The notes under the pieces: generated by a model
The model's database searches: none
Seen by the model: the letters and a program-made list of their open reading frames with translations, nothing else
What the model was told of the DNA's origin: nothing
From: an uncultured Roseovarius sp.
GTDB lineage: Bacteria > Pseudomonadota > Alphaproteobacteria > Rhodobacterales > Rhodobacteraceae
NCBI GenBank assembly: GCA_947503145.1
Contig: CANNCP010000002.1
Location: forward strand, 404,367 to 468,366
Length of the DNA stretch: 64,000 nt
Reading direction: 5' to 3'
In this document: in pieces, positions 9,934 to 19,192 of the stretch
Layout: every line of letters begins with the position of its first letter
How positions within the stretch are numbered: the stretch's first letter is position 1
Made by a program: the position numbers and the translations under genes

Positions 9934-10488
9934 CTACCAGATCAGGCGGGTGATCAGGACGATGACGAGCACCGGGACAAGTGCCGCATGTGTCACCTCG
10001 TCGAACCAGTTGCTGCTGCCCCAGCCCAAGACCCAGACGACCTGCGCCAGCACGGCGACCAGCGGCACGAACAGGCTGCCGGTGAGCGCGCCGCAAACGC
10101 AGAGCGCAAGCACCATCAGTGCCACCGGGACCGGCGCATAGCCCAGCCGGTAGAGATCAACCGGGATCGCCCCCGTCGCCGTGGCGAGGAACGCGGTGTA
10201 AAGGGCGAGGAAGATCAACAGCTCGGTGGTGGAAAACGGCTGCACCGGCAGGCCCAGCTTGGCCCCGGCATGGCGCAACGCCAGTGCGGGCAGCATTACC
10301 CCGAAGGGAGCGAGGACCGCGATCACTGCGCCCAGTGCGAGGCTGCCGTGAAAGAGCAGCACCGCGCCGAGACCCAGCGCCGCGCCGAGTGCGGCGGCTA
10401 ACGGCGGCGACAGCGCCAGCCCGCCCAGCGCGAAAGCGATCCAGCCGAGGATCACGGCCAGCCCGGCAGAGGTGAGCAGCGCGCTCAT
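9934..10488 (-). CDS. Hypothetical multi-pass membrane protein
   Basis: Very hydrophobic 184 aa; ATGA overlap with the upstream BNR gene; DLYRLGY and SSNWFD motifs. Confidence 0.7.
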   Translation of the reverse strand: MSALLTSAGLAVILGWIAFALGGLALSPPLAAALGAALGLGAVLLFHGSLALGAVIAVLAPFGVMLPALALRHAGAKLGLPVQPFSTTELLIFLALYTAFLATATGAIPVDLYRLGYAPVPVALMVLALCVCGALTGSLFVPLVAVLAQVVWVLGWGSSNWFDEVTHAALVPVLVIVLITRLIW

Positions 10489-11615
10489 CGGGCGTCCAGC
10501 CATGCGGCGTTGAAGACATGCGCGGCGATGCCACGTTTGGTGCCCTGCGAATAGGTCAGCGCAATATCACCGCCGGGCAGCTGGCGCAGCATCGGGTAGC
10601 GCAGCCCGCCCTCCTCGGGGGCAAAGACATGCAACAGGCGCCAATGCGCGCCGCCATCGTCGCTGAGCGACAGCCGCAGATCCTGGGGGCGGGCGGGGTC
10701 GTCGTTCATCGCGATGAGGATGCGCGCGCCGCCCAGTGACAGCGCCGCGACCGGCGCGCTGGGGTTGGCAATGTCAGTCTGGGTGACGGTGCTCCAGCTC
10801 TGCCCGCCATCCTGGGTATGGCTGGTCAGCAGGCGCCCCCGCCCCGTATCAAAATCGCGCAGGAAGGCGACGGCGCGCGCCGCGTCCAGCGGCACGACCA
10901 TCGGCTGGATCGGTTGCAGCCCGCGCCCGTCCATGCGGGCCGTGTCGCGCACCCTGCCCTGCCGGTCCGTGCGCACCAGCACCCCGTGCATCTGGCCCAT
11001 CTCGAAATAGGCGGGCAGCGCATATGAGCCGTCGGCATAGGCGACCATCGGCGATTTCACCAGATGCGAGCGGTTCAGCAGCGGCGACAGGTTCAGCTTG
11101 CGCGCGCGCAAGGGGCCGTCTGTGCCCATGCGGACATCCGCGACCGACGCCATCGCCCAGCCGCCCACCGACACCGCCGTGGCATAGAGCGCGCCCGGCA
11201 CGGTCTCGTTCTCGATCGTGTTGCCCAGCGTTACCACGAGCTGCCCCGGCGCCATCGCGCGCCCCAGCGCCCGGCGCGTCACATGGCGGCGCGGTGCGGC
11301 GGCAGTCCAGCCTGCCGGGCTGCGGCGGGTCAGCCGCGCGGCAAAGATGTCCACATCTGCCTGGGCCTCTTCGGAGCCTTGAAACCACAGGATGTCGAAC
11401 CCGTCCCTGGTGAGCGCGATGGCGGGCGAATGAGCCTGTCCGGTAGGTGCGGTGTAGTCCAGCACTGTCTCGAAATAGGGCGCGCCCTCGGCAACGACCG
11501 GGGCAGGCACCGCAAAGCGCCAGTCCAGCGGCGCCTCGCGGCGGATCGCCCAGGCGCTGAGGCAAAGGCTGAGCGTGGCCAGCCCGAGGATCGCGAAATG
11601 CACCGCACCGATCAC
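10485..11615 (-). CDS. BNR/Asp-box (sialidase-like) beta-propeller protein
   Basis: N-terminal TM or signal segment; Asp-box-like SHTQDGGQSW and SLSDDGGAHW; LRYP near the C-terminus. Confidence 0.75.
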   Translation of the reverse strand: MIGAVHFAILGLATLSLCLSAWAIRREAPLDWRFAVPAPVVAEGAPYFETVLDYTAPTGQAHSPAIALTRDGFDILWFQGSEEAQADVDIFAARLTRRSPAGWTAAAPRRHVTRRALGRAMAPGQLVVTLGNTIENETVPGALYATAVSVGGWAMASVADVRMGTDGPLRARKLNLSPLLNRSHLVKSPMVAYADGSYALPAYFEMGQMHGVLVRTDRQGRVRDTARMDGRGLQPIQPMVVPLDAARAVAFLRDFDTGRGRLLTSHTQDGGQSWSTVTQTDIANPSAPVAALSLGGARILIAMNDDPARPQDLRLSLSDDGGAHWRLLHVFAPEEGGLRYPMLRQLPGGDIALTYSQGTKRGIAAHVFNAAWLDAR

Positions 11616-11618
11616 CGC

Positions 11619-12599
11619 TCAGACCTCGAGGACGATCTTGCCGATATGGCTGCTGCTCTCCATATGCGCATGGGCGGCGGCGGCCTCGGCCAGCGGATAG
11701 CTGCTGTCCATCACCGGGGCGACGCGGCCTGCCTCCAGCAGCGGCCAGACATGGGCGCGCAACTCGTCCGCGATACGGGCCTTGGCCAGATCGCTCTGCG
11801 GGCGCAGGGTGCTGCCGGTGATCGTGAGGCGACGCATCATCACCTGTGCAAAGTTGAGTTCGACCCTGGACCCTTGCAAGAAGGCGATCTGCACCAGCCG
11901 CCCGTCATCGGCCAGGCATCTGACGTTGCGCGGCAGGTAGTCACCGCCAACCATGTCGAGGATCAGGTTCGCGCCGCCCTCGGCACGCAGCACATCAACG
12001 AAATCATCGGTCTTGTAGTTGATCGCCCGCTCTGCCCCGAGATCCCTGCACACTTGGCATTTTTCGTCCGATCCGGCGGTGGTAAAGACCCGCGCGCCGA
12101 ATACCCCGGCAAGCTGGATCGCCGTGGTGCCGATACCGGACGAGCCGCCATGCACCAAGAACCGCTCGCCGCCCTTCAGGTGGCCGCGCAGGAAAACGTT
12201 GGACCAGACGGTATAATACGTCTCGGGCAGGCAGGCGGCCTGTTTCAACGCCATGCCCTTCGGGACGGGCAGACAATGCGCGGCGGGCGTGGCGACGTAT
12301 TCGGCATATCCCCCGCCCGGCAGCAGGGCGCAGACCGCATCGCCCACCGCCCAGCCGCTGACGCCCGCGCCGATGGCCGCGACCTCGCCCGAGGCCTCCA
12401 GCCCCGGCAGATCGCTGGCACCGGCGGGCGGGTCGTACAGGCCCGCGCGTTGCAGCGCATCGGGACGGTTCACCCCGGCATAGGCCACGCGAATCACCAC
12501 CTCGCCGGTGCGGGGGCGTGGCATCGGGCGACGGGTCATTTGCAGAACCTCGGGGCCGCCGGGCCGGGTGATTTCCACGGCGTTCATCGTTTCGCTCAT
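11619..12599 (-). CDS. NAD(P)H-quinone oxidoreductase, PIG3 family
   Basis: AGVNRPDALQR, VHGGSSGIGT, GSTLRP, HIGKIVL. Confidence 0.92.
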   Translation of the reverse strand: MSETMNAVEITRPGGPEVLQMTRRPMPRPRTGEVVIRVAYAGVNRPDALQRAGLYDPPAGASDLPGLEASGEVAAIGAGVSGWAVGDAVCALLPGGGYAEYVATPAAHCLPVPKGMALKQAACLPETYYTVWSNVFLRGHLKGGERFLVHGGSSGIGTTAIQLAGVFGARVFTTAGSDEKCQVCRDLGAERAINYKTDDFVDVLRAEGGANLILDMVGGDYLPRNVRCLADDGRLVQIAFLQGSRVELNFAQVMMRRLTITGSTLRPQSDLAKARIADELRAHVWPLLEAGRVAPVMDSSYPLAEAAAAHAHMESSSHIGKIVLEV

Positions 12600-12608
12600 C
12601 GCGCTCTC

Positions 12609-13310
12609 CTACTTGTGATCCTTCGGGCCGGGATGCCAGTGGCCGGGCATATCGGACATCGGTCCGGCCTGCGGCGCGCGTATCCGCGATATCAGGTCCA
12701 GCGGTCCGGCCAGCACGCGGGTCAGCAGCGGGCTATCGCGCACCTTTGCCTTGGCCTTTTCGATCTGCATCACATCGTCGATGCGCCGGTCCAGAAATTC
12801 CCAGGTGGCGGTGTGCCCCTCGCTGTCGTCGCCCAGCCAATACAGGACTGTACTGCCATAGACCCCCGAAAGCGTCGCGCGCTTGGTGTACCAGTTGATA
12901 TCGTCCGAAGTGTCGCCCAGCGCCGTCCAGATATGATCGCAGGTCTGCCAGATCGCGCGCGCGCCGTCCGTTGCGTGCTGCGGCAGCGCGAACAGCGCCA
13001 TGCCCCGGCGCACCATCTCGCGATCTTCCACCGCCTCCAGCCGGAACCGCACCGCGGCGGCGATCCGGTCGCGAAAGCGCATCTGGCCCAGATCCGCCTC
13101 GGCCAGCCGCGCCAGCATCGCGGCATCCCCGGCCGCGTGAAAGGCCAGTGCCAGATCCACTGCACCGCGCGGGAAAACCGCGCGCGCGACGCCCGGCGCG
13201 ACACCTGCATCGCGCGTCGCTGCGTCAAAGCTTGTCTGGGTCCAACCGTCGAACGGAACATGCGTGGCGGCCGCCTTCAGCAGTGCCGCGGTCAGGTCTG
13301 GATCGGTCAT
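12609..13310 (-). CDS. COQ9-family protein, divergent from rpsU
   Basis: HVPFDGW, GDTSDDINWYTKRATL, FLDRRIDDVM; position divergent from rpsU. Confidence 0.88.
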   Translation of the reverse strand: MTDPDLTAALLKAAATHVPFDGWTQTSFDAATRDAGVAPGVARAVFPRGAVDLALAFHAAGDAAMLARLAEADLGQMRFRDRIAAAVRFRLEAVEDREMVRRGMALFALPQHATDGARAIWQTCDHIWTALGDTSDDINWYTKRATLSGVYGSTVLYWLGDDSEGHTATWEFLDRRIDDVMQIEKAKAKVRDSPLLTRVLAGPLDLISRIRAPQAGPMSDMPGHWHPGPKDHK

Positions 13311-13340
13311 TCTATGTCTCCCGGTGTTCGATCCGAACTC

Positions 13341-13369
13341 TAGACAAATCCGAGGGGCTTTGCTATAGA
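13341..13369 (+). promoter_or_regulatory. Putative sigma70 promoter of rpsU
   Basis: TAGACA, 17 nt spacer, TATAGA. Confidence 0.55.
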
Positions 13370-13422
13370 CGCGCTTCCTGCAATCTCTTGCAACTCAAAC
13401 TTAGAAAGGTGGTGAAAACCAC

Positions 13423-13629
13423 ATGCAGGTTAGTGTTCGCGACAACAATGTCGATCAGGCGCTCCGTGCCCTGAAGAAAAAGCTACAGCGCGAAGGTGTG
13501 TTTCGGGAAATGAAGCTCAAGCAGCATTTCGAGAAACCGTCAGAGAAAAAAGCGCGCGAAAAGGCTGAAGCTATCCGTCGTGCCCGTAAACTGGCACGTA
13601 AGAAAGCACAGCGCGAAGGCATGCTCTGA
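13423..13629 (+). CDS. rpsU: 30S ribosomal protein S21
   Basis: [25 protein letters not shown]...[10 protein letters not shown]. Confidence 0.98.
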   Translation: MQVSVRDNNVDQALRALKKKLQREGVFREMKLKQHFEKPSEKKAREKAEAIRRARKLARKKAQREGML

Positions 13630-13802
13630 GCAGCTTTTGACAGCTTATCCGCACTTGTGAAATTGACGACCCCCGAGGCCTGGCCGCGGGGGTTTGTCGT
13701 ATCCGGGGGCATGTAATCCGCCGGGGCAGTGTTATCCCTTGATGATGCGGGGCCGCTGGCATATCTCAGCGGCAGATTTAAATTATCGGGAAAGAGAGCT
13801 GA

Positions 13803-14465
13803 ATGACCGTCCTGCAGCAGATCGATCGCGCCTTGATGGCGCTGATTGCGGTGGTTCTGGCCGCGTCCGTGGTGATCTATTTCGTCAATCCCACCTATTT
13901 CTGGTCCACTTTCGCGGCCGAAGACAAGCTGGTGGAATACGGCACCGCGTTCTTCCTGCTCGTCTCCTGCGTGGTTCTGGCGCTGAATGCCCGCAGCCTC
14001 TCGGGCAAGGGCCTGCGCGTGGCGGCCCTGCTGACACTGCTCTATGCACTGATTTTCTTTCTCGCCGCAGGCGAGGAAGTATCCTGGGGCCAGCGGATCA
14101 TTGGCTGGGAATCTGGCGAATTCTTCCAGCAGCACAACAAGCAGGCTGAAACCAACCTTCACAACCTCATGGTTGGCGATGTTCATCTGACCAAGTCGCT
14201 ATTTGGCCCGGTCCTGACCTTCTGCATCCTGCTCTATCTGGTGGTGTTGCCGCTGCTTTATACGCGCAGCACGCGCATCGCGGCGCTGGCGGACCGGCTG
14301 GCGGTGCCGGTGCCGTGGTTGCGGCATGGAATCATCGCGATCATAGCCAGTGTGATCATCGCGATGATCGACGTGCAGCGCAAATGGGAGGTTTACGAGC
14401 TGGTGTTCAGCCTGCTGACGGTCTCGGTCTTCCTGTTGCCGCAGAACCGGGCCAAGGTCACCTGA
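13803..14465 (+). CDS. Hypothetical integral membrane protein
   Basis: About 6 TM segments; polar motifs EDKLVE, GEEVSWGQR, HNKQAETNLHN, WEVYE; coding-like codon use and an RBS. Confidence 0.8.
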   Translation: MTVLQQIDRALMALIAVVLAASVVIYFVNPTYFWSTFAAEDKLVEYGTAFFLLVSCVVLALNARSLSGKGLRVAALLTLLYALIFFLAAGEEVSWGQRIIGWESGEFFQQHNKQAETNLHNLMVGDVHLTKSLFGPVLTFCILLYLVVLPLLYTRSTRIAALADRLAVPVPWLRHGIIAIIASVIIAMIDVQRKWEVYELVFSLLTVSVFLLPQNRAKVT

Positions 14466-14556
14466 GCCCGGGGCATTTTGCAAGAGATGCGCGCCACAGT
14501 CGTATGTGCGCCTTGCTTGGGACAGGCGGCCGTCGCACGCATATGCCGAAACGCTT

Positions 14557-15591
14557 TTAGATGATCTCGTCCTCGTCATAGAGCGGGGCCGCGTCCAGAT
14601 GGGCGCTCACGCCCTCGGCGGCGGCCTCGGCGCGGGCCGTCTCGGCGATGTGAAACAGCGCCTCGCCCTCATAGACAACCGGCATGTTGGTGCGCCCGAT
14701 GATGATTCCCTCCTCGTCCGAGATCACTTCGGTCTCGACCTCGCCGAACGGGTCCGACACGGCCCCCAGCACCGTGCCGGGCATCACCGTGTCGCCGATC
14801 GACAGGTATCCCCGGAACAGTCCGCCCGCAGGCGCGCGATACCAATGCGACGCGCCGCACAACACTGAGCGCGTTTTGGTGCGCGGCACCGCGCGGCTGG
14901 CCAGCATGTCAAGTTCGTGCATCACCCGCAGGATGCCCGACACGCCCGCCCGCACCGCCAACTCGTCGAACCGCAGTCCTTCACCGCCCTCATAGAGCAG
15001 AACGTCGATACCCGCAGCCTCGGCCGCCATGCGCAGCGACCCTTCGCGCAGCTTCGAGTGCAACATGACCGGCGCGCCGAAACTTGCCCCGAGGGTTGCC
15101 AAGCGGTCATTATCTGGCGTCAGCCGGATCTGCGGCAGATTGGTGCGGTGGATCGCGGCAGAATGCAGATCGATCCCCACTTCGGACCGCAGCACCACCT
15201 CGGTCATGAAGATATGCGCCAGCCGCGACGCCATCGACCCTGCCGGGCCGCCCGGAAAGCAGCGATTCAGGTCGCGCCGGTCGGGCAGGTAGCGGGCATT
15301 GTTGAGAAACCCGTAGGTGTTCACGATGGGCACCGCCAGCAGCGTGCCGGACATGGATTTCAGCGCGCGCGCCTTCAGCAGGCGGCGCACGATCTCGACG
15401 CCGATCACCTCGTCGCCATGCACGGCGGCGGACACGAACATGACCGGCCCCGGCTTGCGCCCATGCACCGCATGCACCGACAGATTGACCGGCGTGTGAT
15501 CCGACAGCGTGCTGACCGGAATATCGACCGTTCGCCGGGTTCCGGGCGCGATGCGCTGCCCGCCGATATCAAATGCCTCGCGTTTCGCCAT
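14557..15591 (-). CDS. Succinylglutamate desuccinylase/aspartoacylase family (M14-like) hydrolase
   Basis: AAVHGDEVIG, RYLPDRRDLNRCFPG, IDLHS, YEGGE; C-terminal barrel-sandwich hybrid domain. Confidence 0.88.
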   Translation of the reverse strand: MAKREAFDIGGQRIAPGTRRTVDIPVSTLSDHTPVNLSVHAVHGRKPGPVMFVSAAVHGDEVIGVEIVRRLLKARALKSMSGTLLAVPIVNTYGFLNNARYLPDRRDLNRCFPGGPAGSMASRLAHIFMTEVVLRSEVGIDLHSAAIHRTNLPQIRLTPDNDRLATLGASFGAPVMLHSKLREGSLRMAAEAAGIDVLLYEGGEGLRFDELAVRAGVSGILRVMHELDMLASRAVPRTKTRSVLCGASHWYRAPAGGLFRGYLSIGDTVMPGTVLGAVSDPFGEVETEVISDEEGIIIGRTNMPVVYEGEALFHIAETARAEAAAEGVSAHLDAAPLYDEDEII

Positions 15592-15790
15592 GTTGTGCCC
15601 TTCCGGTCCCGAAGCGGCAGAGATAGGTAAATTTCACCAGCCTGTCCATGCAGTCATGGCTGCGACGGCCTGCCCCGGAGGAGACGAAGGGGCGAGGTAT
15701 CCGCACGGCGATACGCCGGACGCAACGGGCAGAGCACATCATATGCGATGCGCGCTTCAACCGGATTTTTCCACAACATTATCAGATTGT

Positions 15791-15863
15791 TAAAGCGATA
15801 CATATGAGCGCCGAACGCATTCCACCTTAACTGAGTGCCTCAGGTTCAAGGCGGAACGCTTCA
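15791..15863 (-). repeat. Palindromic dispersed repeat, TAAAGCG...CGCTTCA
   Basis: 57 of 66 nt match 61893-61961 in inverted orientation by hand alignment; forms a long hairpin. Confidence 0.75.
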
Positions 15864-15888
15864 GGTGATTTCGGAGATATGCAGGAGG

Positions 15889-15964
15889 TGGTGCCGCATA
15901 GGTGACTCGAACACCTGACCTCCGCATTACGAATGCGATGCTCTACCAGCTGAGCTAATGCGGC
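15889..15964 (-). tRNA. tRNA-Thr (anticodon CGT)
   Basis: Reverse complement GCCGCATTAGCTCAGCTGGTAGAGCATCGCATTCGTAATGCGGAGGTCAGGTGTTCGAGTCACCTATGCGGCACCA: 76 nt, 7-bp acceptor stem, TTCGA loop, encoded CCA. Confidence 0.96.
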
Positions 15965-16167
15965 TAACCGAACCCGCATTTAAACCCTCAAAGACCACCG
16001 CGCAAGACAGAATCAGAACGCAGTGTCGCGGTCGGCGCCGGAGCCTTATTTACAGAAAAGACCGCGAAACAAGGCCTGCCGATGATCTCAGGGCCGTCGC
16101 ACGGCGCGCGTGGTGGACAGGATACGTGTTACAGCCGCGTAGCGGATTGTTGGCCGATGCGTCAGCG

Positions 16168-16998
16168 TCAGCCCCGGCTGGGGCGCAGAGGCAGCCCGTC
16201 GGGCAGCACGATGTCGGCGACCTGTTCGGCAATCGGATCGTTGCTGAACGGGTGGGCCTGCGCGCTGTAATCCTCCGGGTCGCGCATCCTCTCCCACGCG
16301 CCGCCAACATAGACCTCCAGGCCCGAAAAGCCTGCCTTGTAGCCCATCTTGTCACTGCCCGGCACCCAGTAGCCGAGATAGACATGCGGCAGGCCGCTCT
16401 CGCGGGCGATGTCGATATGGTCGAGGATCACGTGGGTTCCGAGGCTGTCACGGGCGCGGGCCGGGTCGAAGAACGAATAGACCATGCTGACCCCGTCATC
16501 GAGCACATCGGTCAGGCACACGGCGGCCAGTTCATCGGTGACCTTATCGACATATTCGACCACGCGCGTGCGAATCGGCGTTTCTTCGACCATGGCAGCG
16601 AATTCGAACACATCCATATCAGCCATCCCGCCGGTCGCATGGCGGCTCTCTAGATAGGTCCGGAACAGTGCGTATTGCTCCTCTGTGGCCCAGGGCGAGG
16701 TGGCGCGGCGTTCCAGTCCGGCATTGCGGCGCTGGGTGCGGCGCTGACTGCGGGATGGAACAAAGGCCGCCACGTCGATGCGCGCCGACAGGCACGCAGC
16801 GCAATCCGTGCAGGAAGGGCGGTAGAGCACGTTCTGTGACCGGCGAAAGCCCTGCTTGGACAGTTTGTCATTCAACCGCTGCGCTCCCTCGCCCTGCAGC
16901 GCTGTGAACAGCTTGCGCTCCATCCGGCCCGGCAGATAGGGACAGGGCTGCGGGGCAGTCACGTAAAACTGTGGTGCAAGGGGAAGTGTGTGACGCAT
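16168..16998 (-). CDS. bpt: Arginyltransferase-family aminoacyl-tRNA protein transferase (Bpt/ATE-like)
   Basis: [43 protein letters not shown]. Confidence 0.88.
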   Translation of the reverse strand: MRHTLPLAPQFYVTAPQPCPYLPGRMERKLFTALQGEGAQRLNDKLSKQGFRRSQNVLYRPSCTDCAACLSARIDVAAFVPSRSQRRTQRRNAGLERRATSPWATEEQYALFRTYLESRHATGGMADMDVFEFAAMVEETPIRTRVVEYVDKVTDELAAVCLTDVLDDGVSMVYSFFDPARARDSLGTHVILDHIDIARESGLPHVYLGYWVPGSDKMGYKAGFSGLEVYVGGAWERMRDPEDYSAQAHPFSNDPIAEQVADIVLPDGLPLRPSRG

Positions 16999-17168
16999 TC
17001 AGCAGGCTCGCAGCGTGGATTTCGCGTGTGGCCTCATGACGATAACAATCATCAATGCATCCGCCAAGAGCCGATTGCCATTGATTTCAGCGCATGCCAC
17101 GCATGAAAAGCCGAGGCGTTTCGCGCGTTTCGCCTTTATCTGGTGGCCCAGGTTCACAGCCAGACGCC

Positions 17169-17609
17169 TTATCGCGCGGCGCGCCGGTTTACCGCGACCG
17201 TGCCCAGAACAAGATCGCTCAGGCCCTGCCCGCGGGATGATGTCATCATCAGAATGACCGAAATAGCCTGCACGAAAATCACCGCGAACGACACGGTATA
17301 GCCAAGCGTGTGTATTGCGGCCATTAGCAGGTCGAATTTCTCACCGCGCAGGGTGCGCATCTCGATCGCCATCAGGCGCATCCCCCAGGTGGCCGAGCCA
17401 GCGGCCAGGGTCGCGGTCCGGTAGACGAAACCTATCATGAGGACCAGCACCGGAAAGAAGAGCAAACCGACGAAAACGGTAAGCACGGTGGCAAGCAAGG
17501 AGAAGGCGAGGATGATGACCGTGTCCACCACCCACGCTGCCAGCCGTTTCATCGGCACGTCGGCGTAAAATTCGGGCTGCGTGTCGGGGTCGGGAAGGTG
17601 CCATGTCAT
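17169..17609 (-). CDS. RDD family membrane protein
   Basis: HLPDPD...KRLAAWVVDT, ATWGMRLM, RGQGLSDLVLGT. Start set at the ATG at 17609. Confidence 0.85.
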   Translation of the reverse strand: MTWHLPDPDTQPEFYADVPMKRLAAWVVDTVIILAFSLLATVLTVFVGLLFFPVLVLMIGFVYRTATLAAGSATWGMRLMAIEMRTLRGEKFDLLMAAIHTLGYTVSFAVIFVQAISVILMMTSSRGQGLSDLVLGTVAVNRRAAR

Positions 17610-17796
17610 TCTGGGCTGGTCCGGTTCTGGGAAATCAAAGGGTAACAGGGGCGTTCGGGCGGCGCGCGCCCGCAAGACGTAAGGTGGCACAGCGGCGGTA
17701 TCAACCACTGGTCAGGGACACAAAGACCTGCGGGGGCTTTCGCGATATGTCAGATCGGCATACGACCGGGGCCATTACGGATGATGTGCAATGCGC

Positions 17797-19188
17797 TCAG
17801 GCGTGCAGCGCCTGTCCAAGGGCGGCCATTGCGGCCTCTTGCAGTGCTTCTCCCAGTGTCGGATGGGCGTGAACGGTCGCGGCGATATCTTCGAGGCGCG
17901 CCTGCATTTCCAGTGCCAGACCGAATGCCGCCGAGAGCTCGGACACACCGTTGCCAACGGCCTGAATCCCCAGCACCACGTGATTATCGGCCCGTGCCAA
18001 CACCCGCACAAAGCCCTGCCGGGCCTGCATCGTCATGGCACGGCCATTGGCGCTGAGAGGAAAGATGCCGGTCTTGATCTCGCGGCCGGTATCGCGGGCC
18101 TGATCGGGCGTGAGGCCGACGGTGACGATCTCGGGGTCGGTGAAACACACCGCCGGAATGGTCTGCTTGTCCCATTGCATCCTTTGTCCGGCGACGATGC
18201 GCGCCACCAGATCCCCCTGCGCCATGGCCCGGTGGGCGAGCATCGGCTCTCCGGTCACGTCGCCAATCGCGTAGATGCCACGCATGGCGGTCTGGCAATG
18301 CTGGTCGATGCGCAGATATGGCCCGTCCATTTCCAGCGCCAGTTCCTCGTGCCCCCAGGTGTCGGTCACGGGCCTGCGCCCGACCGTCACCAGCACCTTG
18401 TCGGCCTTGATGCGGCTTGCTCCTTCGGGGCCGTCGATCTGCAACAACCCCTTGCCGGTCAGCCCGACCGCCCTAGTATCGCACAGGACCTTGACGCCGA
18501 TTTCCTTCAATCGCCGCATCACGGGGCCGGTCAGGTCGGCGTCATATTGCGGCAATATGCGCGGTGCGGCCTCGACCACCGTGACCCTTGCCCCGAGCTT
18601 GGCGAACGCGGTGCCCAGTTCCAGCCCGATATAGCCGCCGCCGATCACCGCGAGGGTTGCGGGCAGTTCGGTCAGGGCCAGCGCCTGGGATGAGGAAATC
18701 ACCCGTCCGCCAAACGGCAATGCGGTCAGCTCTGCCGGGGCGGAGCCGGTGGCGATCACCACGTTTTCGGCATGGATCACCTGAACGCCGGTATCGGTTT
18801 CCACCTCGACCGTGCGACCATCGCGAAATCGTGCCGGGCCGGTCACGCGCTTGACCCCGGCCTTTTTCAGCAGACCGCTGATGCCGCCGGTCAGGTGGGT
18901 GATGATCCCGTCTTTCCATTCCATCGTCTGCGCCAGATCGATCTGCGGCTGCCCTGCGCTGATGCCCAGCACATTGCCGGCAGCACGCCCGGTCGCGGCT
19001 GCAAATTCATCTGCTGCATGGATCAGCGCCTTGGAGGGGATGCAGCCGACGTTAAGGCAGGCACCGCCCGCGCGCGGCGCTGCATCGACGATCACCGTAT
19101 CGACGCCCAGCTGTGCGGCGCGGATCGCGCAGACGTAGCCGCCGGGACCGGCGCCGATCACCAACAGCTTGCAGAAGATATCCTTCAT
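17797..19188 (-). CDS. lpdV: Dihydrolipoyl dehydrogenase (E3) of the branched-chain 2-oxoacid dehydrogenase
   Basis: GAGPGG, redox motif CLNVGCIPSK, GGGYIGLE, HAHPTLGE. Confidence 0.92.
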   Translation of the reverse strand: MKDIFCKLLVIGAGPGGYVCAIRAAQLGVDTVIVDAAPRAGGACLNVGCIPSKALIHAADEFAAATGRAAGNVLGISAGQPQIDLAQTMEWKDGIITHLTGGISGLLKKAGVKRVTGPARFRDGRTVEVETDTGVQVIHAENVVIATGSAPAELTALPFGGRVISSSQALALTELPATLAVIGGGYIGLELGTAFAKLGARVTVVEAAPRILPQYDADLTGPVMRRLKEIGVKVLCDTRAVGLTGKGLLQIDGPEGASRIKADKVLVTVGRRPVTDTWGHEELALEMDGPYLRIDQHCQTAMRGIYAIGDVTGEPMLAHRAMAQGDLVARIVAGQRMQWDKQTIPAVCFTDPEIVTVGLTPDQARDTGREIKTGIFPLSANGRAMTMQARQGFVRVLARADNHVVLGIQAVGNGVSELSAAFGLALEMQARLEDIAATVHAHPTLGEALQEAAMAALGQALHA

Positions 19189-19192
19189 CGGC

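Noticed and set aside
11064-13343. Long antisense or off-frame ORFs (759 aa here; also 5317-7026, 30477-32003, 43132-45120, 47772-49502 and others)
   Set aside because: They are shadows of well-supported genes, expected where high GC depletes stop codons, and they show no family motifs.
15791-15863. CRISPR array from the palindromic repeats
   Set aside because: The copies are dispersed over tens of kb, are not regularly spaced with unique spacers, and no cas genes are present.
15889-15930. Integrative element at tRNA-Thr
   Set aside because: I saw no duplicate of the tRNA 3' end and no integrase in the window.
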